Source of the DNA: Squalus acanthias
Taxonomy: Eukaryota
Direction of reading: 5' to 3'
DNA: 64,000 bases
Assembly (NCBI GenBank): GCA_030390025.1
Contig: CM059432.1
Coordinates: 13,144,001 to 13,208,000, forward strand
Shown: piece after piece, positions 53,747-64,000 of the stretch
How the letters are laid out: the number at the start of each line of letters is the position of its first letter
How positions within the stretch are numbered: the first letter of the stretch is position 1
Position numbers and translations under genes: made by a program
Notes under the pieces: generated by a model
The model's input: only the letters and a program-made list of their open reading frames with translations
What the model was told of the DNA's origin: nothing
Databases searched by the model: none

Positions 53747-54441
53747 GTCGCTGAAGGTAAGCATGCAGGTGCAGCAGGCGGTTAAGAAGGCAAATGGTAT
53801 GTTGGCCTTCATAGCGAGAGGATCCGAGTACAGGAGCAAGGATGTCTTGCTGCAGTTGTACAGGGCCTTGGTGAGACCACACCTTGCGTATTGTGTGCAG
53901 TTTTGGTCGCCTTATCTGAGGAAGGATGTTCTTGCCATGGAGGGAGTGCAGCGAAGATTCACCAGACTGATACCTGGGGTGGCAGGAATGACATATGAGG
54001 AGAGATTGGGTCAATTGGGCTTATATTCGCTGGAGTTTAGAAGAATGAGAGGGGATCTCATTGAAACTTATAAAATTCTAACAGGACTAGACAGACTAGA
54101 TGCAGGAAGGATGTTCCCGATGGCAGGGGAGTCCAAAACCAGGGGTCACAGTCTAAGGATAAGGGGTAAGCCATTTAGGACTGAGATGAGGAGGAATTTC
54201 TTCACCCAGAGAGTGGTGAACCTGTGGAATTCTCGACCACACAAGGCAGTTGAGGCCAATTCATTAAATATATTCAAGAAGGAGATAGATATATTTCTTA
54301 AGGCTAAAGGGATCAAGGGATATGGGGAGAAAGCAGGGACAGGGTACTGAATTTGGATGATCAGCCATGATCTCATTAAATGGCGGAGCAGGCTCGAGGG
54401 GCCGAATGGCCTACTCCTGCTCCTATCTTCTACGTTTCTAT
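53747..54441 (+). mobile_element. Young 5'-truncated CR1 LINE
   Basis: Open C-terminal ORF2 (VKKANGMLAFIARG...VQRRFTRLIPG...GIKGYGEKAG) and 3' hairpin. Same subfamily as 5233-7125. Confidence 0.92.
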
Positions 54442-56299
54442 AAACAAGGCTGCAACAGCAACTTAAATTGCGTCTTGAACATAGTGAAACATTCCAAGCC
54501 AATTCACACAGCTAGGCAGAAAGTGAGGGAGAGAAGGTAAGAGGAACAGTATTCAAGCAGGAGTTAGAAGAAAAATTAGGAGGGACTAAAGGTATGATCA
54601 GAGATAGGCGAGGAGATATACAGCAAGGCAGAGGGGTTTAGGAAAGCAATTCCAGACTCCAGCGACATGAATAATCAAAAGCTCCACTACTGATGATGGC
54701 AGGAGAAGAGGCGTGAGAAAGGTTCCTGCTCCTTATCACTTTCCAGAGGCAAAGGTCAAATCAAAGTTGTACGTGCGCATTTTTGGGAGGGAGGGAAAAG
54801 GTACTACAATTGTTAATTTCACTCAAACAGTGCAACAAAATATAATTGAGATTTAAATTCCAATGTTTAAAGCTGCACTCCTCTTCCTTTTTAACAAATA
54901 GGAAATAGTCCCAAACTACAGCATGCTGAAGGCAGGACAATTTCACCGTAATACCACAGGTAGGTTTCAGAAAGCCAAAGCAAAGTACTTACCAATAGGG
55001 AGGATAAAACATTTCTAAACCATTTTGGGTCTTCAATAGCAATTGGAAAGTCAAGTTTAAATCTATCAAATCCCTTTTGCAGTCTTTATCCATCATCTTT
55101 AATATTGATACTGATTATTCTCCTTAGCTAAAATTTATTATTTGAGGCGCTAGGAAATTTCTTTACTACCAAATGCTACCTTAACAATTTTCAATAATAG
55201 CATGTTTGTCGGCAAGTTAGCAGCATAATTTTAAAAGTCAAAACTTAAATCGTATCTGAAATCAGCAATTAACTCAAGAGCATAAATTACTTATTGGATC
55301 AGTTCTTTGGAATGAAGCCTAGCAACAAAAAAAAAAATGTACAAGATCATGTTATGCTAGTGATCTTGAGAAGAAACATAATCCACTTGGTGTCGAAGGG
55401 CAGAGATTGCAGCTCAGTCGCGTTTCCAACAGCCTCGTTGGCACTTTGGGCGGAGCTAGTCAGTACCATGGTGTAGAGTCGAAGTGACCACCAAGGCAAT
55501 ATAATATTAAGGCAGCCAAACAGATCGTGGAGTACCGAGTTTCCCCTCATCAATCAGCCGTGGCCCAATTTTGGCATCAGGACTTCAAAATAAATTTTTG
55601 ACAGACTATTTTTACCCTGGCCTCACGAAACCTCCAGAGTCTGTAATACAAACTGTATCTAGCTTAAGCAGTGCTTACTCAATTAAGTAAAACATAGTTT
55701 TAAGCCACCTGATCTTTTTTGTCTTAACAAATCTAACATATTTAGAATATAAAAGAATGGGGGAAGTGAATAGAAATATTTAAACCAGTATCTAAATTCC
55801 CTGGCATTTCTTCCAACAAGAATACTCAGCATACAGAAGGTCTGACAAAAATAATCTTTATATATAGACAGATTAAGCAAAACTATACCATTATGTGGGG
55901 AAATGAGTTGATGTACTAAGAAAGTGTTATTTAATGTGTTAACTCTTAACTGTTAATGCTAATACATATAATAAAAAAACAAAAATATTTATTTTTAACA
56001 AAGCATTCCCTAATAATATCAAAGCAAGGTGAAAATCTTTGAGAGATTTTAGTAGAGATTGCTTTCCTCCACACTAGAATGACAATTTTAAGATTTGCTT
56101 TGAAATAAATGTGGATAAGTGTGCACATGCAAGAGTTATTACTTGATGCTGATCACCACGCCTGAAGGATGCTGTTTCGATGAAAAATTGTTCAGCCTCC
56201 GAAACCCCTCCCCACTTTCTTCCTACCTCTGTCCAGAGCCTGCAAACCTCCCGTCCCTACCCAAAGGCCCACTTTCCCCCATCCCAATGTGTGTGTGTT

Positions 56300-57220
56300 G
56301 TCGGGCTCGGCTAGCAAAAAATAAAAAGGCCAGGGCTGGGGCCCACTCGGCTCAAACTACCAGCACCAGCCTCCCTCCCCCCTCGCCTCTCCCGAATAGA
56401 CGGCGGAGGAGCCACTCATCATGTCGCTAAACCTCCCCCTCCTTGGAAGGGGGACAATCAGTGAGACCTGCCCCGCTCCTCCTCCTCCTCCATTCTCCCT
56501 CCACTCCGACAAACCCGAGGCTCCATCCGCGGCCTAGAGAGAGAGAGAGAGAGAGACTGGAGTTTGTCCCAAGTTACCAAAATGGCGGCCGCGCCGGTGG
56601 CTCCCGCAGGCTGAAGACAGCCGGCGGGCTCCCTCCACACTCGGCAAGCGAGAGCCGAACCCTCCACCTCCCCGGGGGTGGCGGCGGCCGCAGCCCCACC
56701 CGGCGCCGGGGTGGTGTTGGGTGGGAGTGAAGGAAACGGAAGAGAGAGAGAGCGCCGCGGCGGCGGCGGCGTCGCCCCCCACCACCACCCCCCGTCCTGG
56801 CCTCGGGCAGCTGGTTCGGTTGAAAAGAAAAGGATATATATATATATATTATTTTTTTTTAATTATTAGCACTAGCCGCGAGTCACCTTTGAATTTGAGC
56901 TCGATGGGCGGTTCGAGGATCAGCACTTGCTCCATCCTGGCCATTGTCGGGTGACACTGAGAGACTTGCTGGCTGATGGCGCCCGACGCTTAATTTTAGC
57001 CGATTTTTTTTTCTCTTCCCCACCCCCCTCTCTCGCTCGCTCCCTCCGTCTCTGCAGGACGTGTACGTGCGCACTGCCGCTGAGCCAACCTCCGTGACCG
57101 CGCACGTCGGCGAGGCGAAGAAGAGAGAGCGTGCGCGCGCGCGCGCGCACGCACGAGCGAGTGACGGGAAGCGTGCGCGTCCATTCACACTTTCACGCGG
57201 CGAGCTGACGCTGCGCATCT
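56300..57220 (-). promoter_or_regulatory. CpG-island promoter spanning VAPA exon 1
   Basis: Abrupt GC/CpG-rich stretch around exon 1 in otherwise CpG-poor DNA. No evident TATA box. YY1-like CAAAATGGCGGC at 56578-56589, TGACG half-sites near 57162 and 57206, (GA)n and (TA)n tracts. Confidence 0.85.
56887..56944 (-). CDS. VAPA: VAMP-associated protein (VAPA-like), coding exon 1
   Basis: Reverse complement reads ccgacaATGG (strong Kozak context), then MARMEQVLILEPPIELKFK plus one G, then a GTGACT donor. Length is 58 nt, phase 1. It matches the VAP N-terminus (EQ.L.L.P...LKF.G) and joins exon 2 in frame (G+GT = Gly). Confidence 0.93.
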
Positions 57221-57318
57221 CAACAACAACAACAACGACTTGTATTTCTATAGCGCCTTTAGCGGAGTGAAAACGTTCCAAGGCTGCTTCGCAGGAGTGT
57301 CATAAGACAAAAAAAATC
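57220..57318 (-). mobile_element. L2-type 3' tail abutting the VAPA promoter
   Basis: Reverse complement AAAGGCGCTATAGAAATACAAGTC(GTT)n matches the L2 tail at ~28790. Confidence 0.7.
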
Positions 57319-57487
57319 TCCTGAAGCTCACAGGGACAAGGGGGACCCTCTAATAAAAAAAAAAGCAAAACTTATTTATCTTTTAAAATGACTTGCAGTA
57401 CAAAAGGAGGACTGTTCGGCTCATGGTCTCTTCGCTGCAGCAATAAATATTTCCATTCGGTAGTGGAGATTTGTAGGGGAGGCAAGA

Positions 57488-59472
57488 GAAAAAAAGAATT
57501 GCATTTATATAGCGCCTTTCATAATCTCAGAAAGTCCCAAAACACTCTACAGCCAACGATGTACTTTTGAAGTTGGTCACTATTGTAATGTAGGAAACAC
57601 GGCAGCCAATTAGCGCACAGCAAGCTCCCCCAAACACCAGTGTGATATGACCATATCATCTGTTTTTAGTGATGTTGATTGAGGGATAAACATTGGCCAG
57701 GACACAGGGGCGAACTCCCCCGCTCTTCTTTGAAATAGCCCTACAGGATCTTTTACGTCCACCTCAGAGAGCAGACGGGGCCTCGGTTTAACGTCTCATC
57801 CGAAAGACGCCACCTTTTTTATTATTCGTTTATGGGATGTGGGCGTCGCTGGCACTTATTGTCCATCCCTAATTGCCCTTGAGAAAGTGGTGGTAAGCCG
57901 CCTTCTTGAACCGCTGCAGTCCGTGTGGTGAAGGTACTCCCACAGTGCTGTTAGGTAGGGAGTTCCAGGATTTTGACCCAGCGACGATGCAGGAGCGGTG
58001 ATATACTTCCAAGTCAGGATGGTGTGTGACTTGGAGGGGAACTTGGAGGTGGTGGTGTTCCCATGCGCCTGCTGACCTTGTCCTTCTAGGTGGTAGAGGT
58101 CGCGGGTTTGGGAGGTGCTGCCAAAGAAGCCTTGGCGAGTTGCTGCAGTGCATCTTGTAGATGATACACACTGCAGCCACGGTGCGCCGGTGGTGGAGGG
58201 AGTGAATGTTTAAGGTGGTGGATGGGGTGCCAATCAAGTGTGCTGCTTTGTCCTGGATGGTGTCGAGCTTCTTGAGTGTTGTTGGAGCTGCACTCATCCA
58301 GGCAAGTGGAGAGTATTCCATCACACTCCTTACTTGTGCCTTGTAGATGGTGGAAAGGCATTGGGGAGTCAGGAGGTGAGACACTCGCTGCAGAATACCT
58401 AGCCTCTGACCTGCTCTTATTGCCACAGTATTTATGTGGCTGGTCCAGTTAAGTTTCTGGTTAATGGTGACCCCCAGAATGTTGATGGTGGGGGATTCCG
58501 TGATGGTAATGCCATTGAATGTCAAGGGGAGGTGGTTAGACTCACAGCTTGTTGGAGATAGTCATTGCCTGGCACTTCTGTGGTGTGAATGTTACCTGCC
58601 ACTTATCAGTCCAAGTCTGAACGTCGTCCAGGTCTTGTTGCATGTGGGCATGGACTGCTTCATTATCTGAGGAGTTGCGAATGGCGCTGAACACTGTGCA
58701 GTCATCAGCAAACATCCCCACTTCTGACCTTATGTTGGAGAGAAGGTAATTGATGAAGCAGCTGAAGATGGTTGGGCCTAGGACACTGCCCTGAGGAACT
58801 CCTGCAGTGATGTCCTGGGGCTGTGATGATTGACCTTCAATCACCACAACCATCTTCCTTTGTGCTAGGTATGACTCCAGCCAGTGGAGCGTTTTCCCCC
58901 TGATTCCCATTGACTTCAGTTTTACTCGGGCTCCTTCATGCTATACTCAGTCAAATGCTGCCTTGATGTCAAGGGCAGTCACTCTCACCTCACCTCTGGA
59001 ATTCAGCTCCTTTGTCCATGTTTGGACCAAGGCTGTAATGAGATCAGGAGCCGAGTGGTCTTGGTGGAACCCAAACTGGGCATCAGTGAGCAGGTTATTG
59101 GTGAGTAAGTGCCGCTTGATAGCACTGTCGATGACACCTTCCATCACTTTGCTGATTGAGTGTAGACTGATGGGGCGGTAATTGGCTGGAGTGGATTTGT
59201 CCTGGATTTTGTGGACAGGACATAACTGGGCAGTTTTCCACATTGTCGGATAGATGCCAGTGTTGTAGCTGTATTGGAACAGCTTGGCTAGAGGCGCAGC
59301 TAGTTCTGGAGCACAAGTCTTCAGCACGATAGCCTCCGACAGTGCAGCATTCCCTCAGTACTGCACTGGAGTGTCAGCCTACATTTTTATGCTCAAGTCA
59401 CTGGGTTGGGACTTGAACCCACAACCTTCGGACACAGAGGCGAGAGTACTACCCACTGAGCCACAGCTGACA
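57488..59472 (-). mobile_element. Deu-domain SINE split by a 5'-truncated CR1-group LINE (~57815-59330)
   Basis: SINE halves 57488-57815 and 59331-59472 rejoin to match 33623-34054. Internal LINE ORFs 57869-59327 carry RT motifs ([21 protein letters not shown]). Confidence 0.88.
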
Positions 59473-59565
59473 AGAGTCCAAAAATGAGGTTGTCATAAGT
59501 ATAAGATAGTCACTAATAAATCCAATAAGGAAGACAGGAGAAACTCCTTTAGCAAGAGAGTGGTT

Positions 59566-60050
59566 ACGCTGAGTGTGAAAGGTTGCAGCCCCTCTTCCAC
59601 TATTTGAAGGGGCTGCTCCTCAATTTCTGGCTGCACCTCAGTCCCACACTCCGGATCTTTGGCCATCCGGTGCGGAGGGTAGCGGGCAGGTCAGAGGCCC
59701 TCCTCATCGGCGTGTTGCTGGACCTGGCCAAGGTGTCCATTAACAGGTCCAGGCAGAACGCGGTCAATGGGGGTGTCCGCTCTGGCTGCCTGCCTCTCTT
59801 CCAAGACTATGTCCGTGCCCAGATGTCCCTGGAGAGGGAGCACGCGGTGTCCGCTGGTACGCTTGAGGCTTTCCATGATCAGTAGGCACCGGCCGGATTG
59901 GAGCGTATAGTGGATGCAGGGAACAAAATTATAATTTGATCAGCTTTTTCCGTTCGATTTTTTTGTTTGAGGCCTTTAAAAAGGGGGTACTTGTGCTTTA
60001 AGTGATTCCGATTGATGATTTAATCATTCTAATAACTGCCAAAAGAGTAG
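59566..60050 (+). mobile_element. Tx1/L1-group LINE 3' fragment nested in a CR1 3' fragment (~59490-60285)
   Basis: CERLQPLFHYLKGLL...LLDLAKVSINRSRQ...CLPLFQDYVRAQMSLE resembles the Tx1 ORF2 C-terminus. GAGTGGT occurs on both flanks. Confidence 0.65.
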
Positions 60051-60799
60051 GGAGTGGTGAGAATGTAGAACTTGCTACCATAGGGAGCAGTTGAGGCGAA
60101 TAGCATCGATGCATTTAAGAGGTAGCTGGATAAGCACATGAGGGAGAAAGGAATAGAAGGTTATGCTGATAGGGTGAGATGAAGTAGGGTGGGAGGAGGC
60201 TCGTGTGGAGCATAAACACCGGCATGGACCAGTTGGGCCGAATAGCCTGTTTCTGTGCTGTAAGTTCTATGTAATTCTATGTAAATAAAAGTTGGTTTAC
60301 ACATACTCCACTGGCAACAGAGAGTAAGGATGACAGTAAGAGAGCAGCAGGCTGACAGGTTGGTACCTCGACTGCTACCCATGACGACTGTATCTTTTCA
60401 CTATCGATGTGTGGGGAGTCAATTTCAAGAGCAGTTTGTAGGTGACGCAGGTTTAGAAGGGATAATTGGAGGAGGGAAGGGAGAGGAGAGGCAGGAGGAT
60501 GGCGAGGAAGAAGAGCTGAGGGGAGGAGGGAAGGGGCCATGCAGGGGTTGAGTGGGAAGAGCTTAGGGTCATTTTATTATCCCCCCCCCCATCTGTCCTC
60601 TCTTGCTTTCTCACCCCTCTCCACTTTCTCTCAACGTGTTTGCAAAATAAATGTAGACATAGGAATGTATAATGGAAATACATAAAAATAATAAAGTGTG
60701 ATCTTAACATGGGCACTGCATTATGTCTTGACATTCTGGTCCAATTATCCCCTGCCCTCTAACCCCATTTCACCCAAGGGCTACACTTGATCTTGATTC

Positions 60800-60957
60800 A
60801 AAGGCAAAATACTGCGGATGCTAGGAATCTGAAATAGTAACAGAAAATGCTGGAAATACTCAGCAGGTCAGGCAGCATCTGTGGGGAGATAAAACAACTC
60901 TTTCTCTCTGCACAGATGCTGCCTGACCTGCTGAGTATTTCCAGCAGATTCTGTTTA
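60800..60957. mobile_element. Penelope-derived hairpin repeat (similar one at ~35725-35852)
   Basis: TGCTGGAAATACTCAGCAGGTCAGGCAGCATCTGTG is followed by its exact reverse complement. Confidence 0.8.
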
Positions 60958-61059
60958 TACTTAGCCCTGAAAGAGGTGGAGAAGCGGAGAGGTTTAGGGA
61001 GGTAATTCCAGAGCTTTAGTCTTGATGGCTGACAGCACAGTCACCAATGGCGGGGCGAT

Positions 61060-61955
61060 GGCAGTGGAGGATAGTGATAGACTTCAAGAGGACATAGACA
61101 GGCTGGTGGAATGGGCGGACACGTGGCAGATGAAGTTTAATGCAGAAAAGTGCAAAGGGATACATTTTGGTAGGAAGAACGAGGAGAGGCAATATAAACT
61201 AAAGGGTACAATTCCAAAGCGGGATGCATGAACAGAGAGACCTTTGGGTATATGTGCACAAATCATTGAAGGTGGTAGGGCAGGTTTAGAAAGTGGTTAA
61301 AAAAGCATACGGGATCCTGGGCTTCATAAATAGAGGCATAGAGTACAAAAGCAAAGAAGTTATGATGAAGCTTTATAAAACACTGGTTCGGCCTCAACTG
61401 GAGTATTGTGTCCAATTCTGGGCAGCGCACTTTAGGAAGGATGTGAAGGCCTTAGAGAGGGTGCAGAAAAGATTTACAAGAATGGTTCCAGTGATGCGGG
61501 ACTTCAGTTACGTGGATAGACTGGAGAAGCTGGGGTTGTTCTCCTTAGAGCAGAGAAGGTGGAGAGGAGATTTGATAGAGGTGTTCAAAATCATGAGGGT
61601 TCTAGACAGAGTAGATAGAGAGAAACTGTTCCCATTGGTGGAAGGATTGAGAACCAGAGGGCACAGATTTAAGGTGATTTGCAGAAGAACCAAAGGCAAC
61701 ATGAGGAAAAACTTTTTTATGCAGCGAGTGGTTGGGATCTGGAATGCACTGCCTGAAAGTGTGGTGGAGGCAGTATCCATCATGGTTTTCAAAAGGGAAT
61801 TGGATAAGTACCTGAAGGAAAAAGTTTGCAGGGCTACGGGGAAAGGGCGGGGGAGTGGGACTAGCTGAGGTGCTCTTGCAGAGAGCCGGCATGGGCTCGA
61901 CGGGCCGAATGGCCTCCTTCTGTGCTGTAACCATTCTATGATTCTATGATGCTAT
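61060..61955 (+). mobile_element. 5'-truncated CR1 LINE
   Basis: DRLQEDIDRLVEWADTWQMKFN, ORF 61293-61868, (ATTCTATG)n tail. Confidence 0.92.
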
Positions 61956-62679
61956 GGGGGAGAAATTCAGTGGGTTAGCGCCTCCCGTTAGTGCCCCCAA
62001 GGGGCAATAATGGGGCACTAACAACTTACCGCCCGGGCGCAGCGAAATGAACGACTCCCGCTAACTTGGCCGGGAGGTTTGCAGCGGCGGTAAAACTTTG
62101 CACCACAATCTCCTGCGCCCGGAGATCGTGATGTCAATTGCCATGCACATCACCTCAGTGGCGCCCCAGACCCGAACTTCAGTTCTGCCTCCTGCAGCAT
62201 CGTCGGGCGAAAACACCGGCAGCTGCAGGAGGCGTTGTTCGGGAGGGCAGGCGCTTCAGGGGCGGATGTTAAAGGGGAGGTTGCCAAGGTAAGTAGCAAA
62301 ATTTCTGAAATTTTTTTTTGCAATTTTTTTCAGTTCACCTGGGCCGTGATCGATCAGCCCGGCACTCTGCTGGAGTGCATGGGGCTGATCGTGCTGGATC
62401 GTGGCTGCCGTCGGGGACAAGCTAACTGGTCCCAATGCAGAGCCTGCAGCGATGGCCCTTCCCTTTAAGGCAGGGAAGGAGCCTCAGATCGCGGCAGTGC
62501 TGCACGGGACATTGTGCAGCGCTGCACCACGACCACCCCACCTGCTTGAAGCGCTCCACTTCTCTCCTGGAGCGCGAAACCCAATTTCGTGAAAGCTGGC
62601 AATCATTAGCGCCTGGCGCTAAGTTTCCCAGCTTTCAAAAGTTACCACTCCCTAACGGGCGATACTGAATTTCTCCCCC
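61956..62679 (-). mobile_element. Non-autonomous Harbinger-type element, same termini as 14087-14972 but reversed and with a different interior
   Basis: Perfect TIR GGGGGAGAAATTCAGT ... ACTGAATTTCTCCCCC, TTAGCGCCTGGCGCTAA palindrome. No TSD match. Confidence 0.8.
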
Positions 62680-63439
62680 AAGACCATGGAGGGATTTGAA
62701 TACGAGGATGAGAATTATAAAATCGAGATGTATGAGAAATAAAGACATTTTCCAACTCATAATAAATCAGGATTTTAGATTGCTGTGCTGAGCTTGTTAT
62801 TCAAAAGGAAAGTGGAAAGAAATGACGCATGAACATAGAGATTATAAAGCTATTTGTCTAACATCTGCACTGAAGAAAATGCTCAAAGCCATGGCTTGTT
62901 GTTATGACCTAAGTTAATCTGCCAAGACACTTAAATGGATTTGTAGTCAATCTCACTTTTTATTATAAATTTTACTTTTATTTTTCCCTGATGTTGACAG
63001 CTCCATATTATATATCATGCCAACTTGCTTTAAACTTTCTGTACTTTCTATTTTTAAGATCTGTAAAAGAATTGGAGGTATGCAGTGCAGTGTGTGTGTT
63101 AATGCAGATCTGTGATGTGTCGCTCATTTTTGGATTAAAAATGTCACCAACTATTTTGATGTACTTCCATCTTGAAAGTAATCACAGCTCCATAATTTGT
63201 CCCACTGTTGGGACCCTTCCAGTGGTTCACTGGATAAATGCATCACCTAAAAAAAAGAGCTTGCATTTATGTAGCCCCTTATCACGTCCTCGGGATGTCT
63301 CAAAGCACTTTACAACAAATGGATTACCTATGCAGATCATGTAGGTCCCAGGTTCAGTTCCTGACCTGTGTGAGTTAGCTGATTCTTGCCCAGGCAGTGG
63401 TGTTTGTACTACAATTTGTCTTAAAATATGAAATGGTCT

Positions 63440-64000
63440 CTATCTCAACCCATCCCTGTGGCAACACATTCCATGCTTACAAATCTCTTTGTATTTGAAT
63501 TTATTTTACTAACCTCTCTCCTTACTCTTATAGTGACTGTTTTAAATTGATGGCCCTCCATCATTGACTCCACAATTAAAGGAAATTGTCTTTCCCTATT
63601 CACTCTGTTAAAACCCATCATAATTTTAAAAAAAACTCTATTATATCTACTCTTAGCTTCTCTGCTCCAGTGGAAATAGTCCTAGTTCTGTGATAGATAG
63701 TAGATTGGCGGTTAGGATCAGATCAGCCATGATCTTATTGAATGGCGGAGCAGGCTCGAGGGGCCGATTGGCCTACTCCTGCTCCTATTTCTTATGTTCT
63801 TATGTTCTTAGTGTCTCAAGTCTCGCCTCACAACTATAGTTTCTCATCTATGGCATCGTCCTGGTCCATTTACATTGTAATCTCTCTTTGGCTGTCATGT
63901 CCTATCTAGAATGGGAGGTCCAAAACAACACAGTACTCTAACTGAGGTCTCGCCAATGTATCTTACAAATTTATCATAATTTCTTTTGTCTTGTACTCTG
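63440..64000 (-). mobile_element. Old CR1 3' fragment with a young plus-strand CR1 tail inserted (~63690-63810)
   Basis: The insert carries the CR1 3' hairpin and (TTCTTATG)n. Flanks resemble 36600-36870. Confidence 0.7.

Noticed and set aside
53565..54350. 261-aa ORF as a novel fusion protein
   Set aside because: Chance in-frame junction of an L2 remnant, a short spacer and a CR1 C-terminus, with no promoter or splice evidence.
56119..57281. Multiple Arg/Gly/Ala-rich ORFs in both directions
   Set aside because: Expected by-product of a stop-poor CpG island. None resembles a known protein apart from the exon 1 frame.

Overview
Eukaryotic genomic DNA, most likely a shark or other cartilaginous fish, judged from the repeat content (abundant CR1 LINEs, an HE1-type V-SINE, Deu-domain SINEs, Penelope fragments). 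The only host gene I can support is the 5' part of a VAMP-associated protein gene, best match VAPA, on the minus strand. It has a CpG-island promoter at ~56.3-57.2 kb, coding exon 1 (56887-56944), a ~31 kb intron 1 and coding exon 2 (25689-25841). I did not find exon 3, which probably lies beyond the left edge. The rest is intron or upstream DNA packed with nested elements: CR1, L2, Tx1, Penelope, a solo LTR, a decayed Gypsy gag with a SCAN-like capsid, and Harbinger-type and Tc1/mariner-type MITEs. The most unusual observations are: (i) a 101-bp insertion with a 13-bp target-site duplication that begins with a minimal hammerhead-ribozyme fold; (ii) a single-ORF LINE whose 5' end is the same tRNA-derived head as a local SINE family; (iii) a 22-nt inverted templated insertion; (iv) a solo LTR joining two different CR1 copies. 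Repeat boundaries were read by eye and are approximate unless a TSD or TIR is quoted. No database searches were run.
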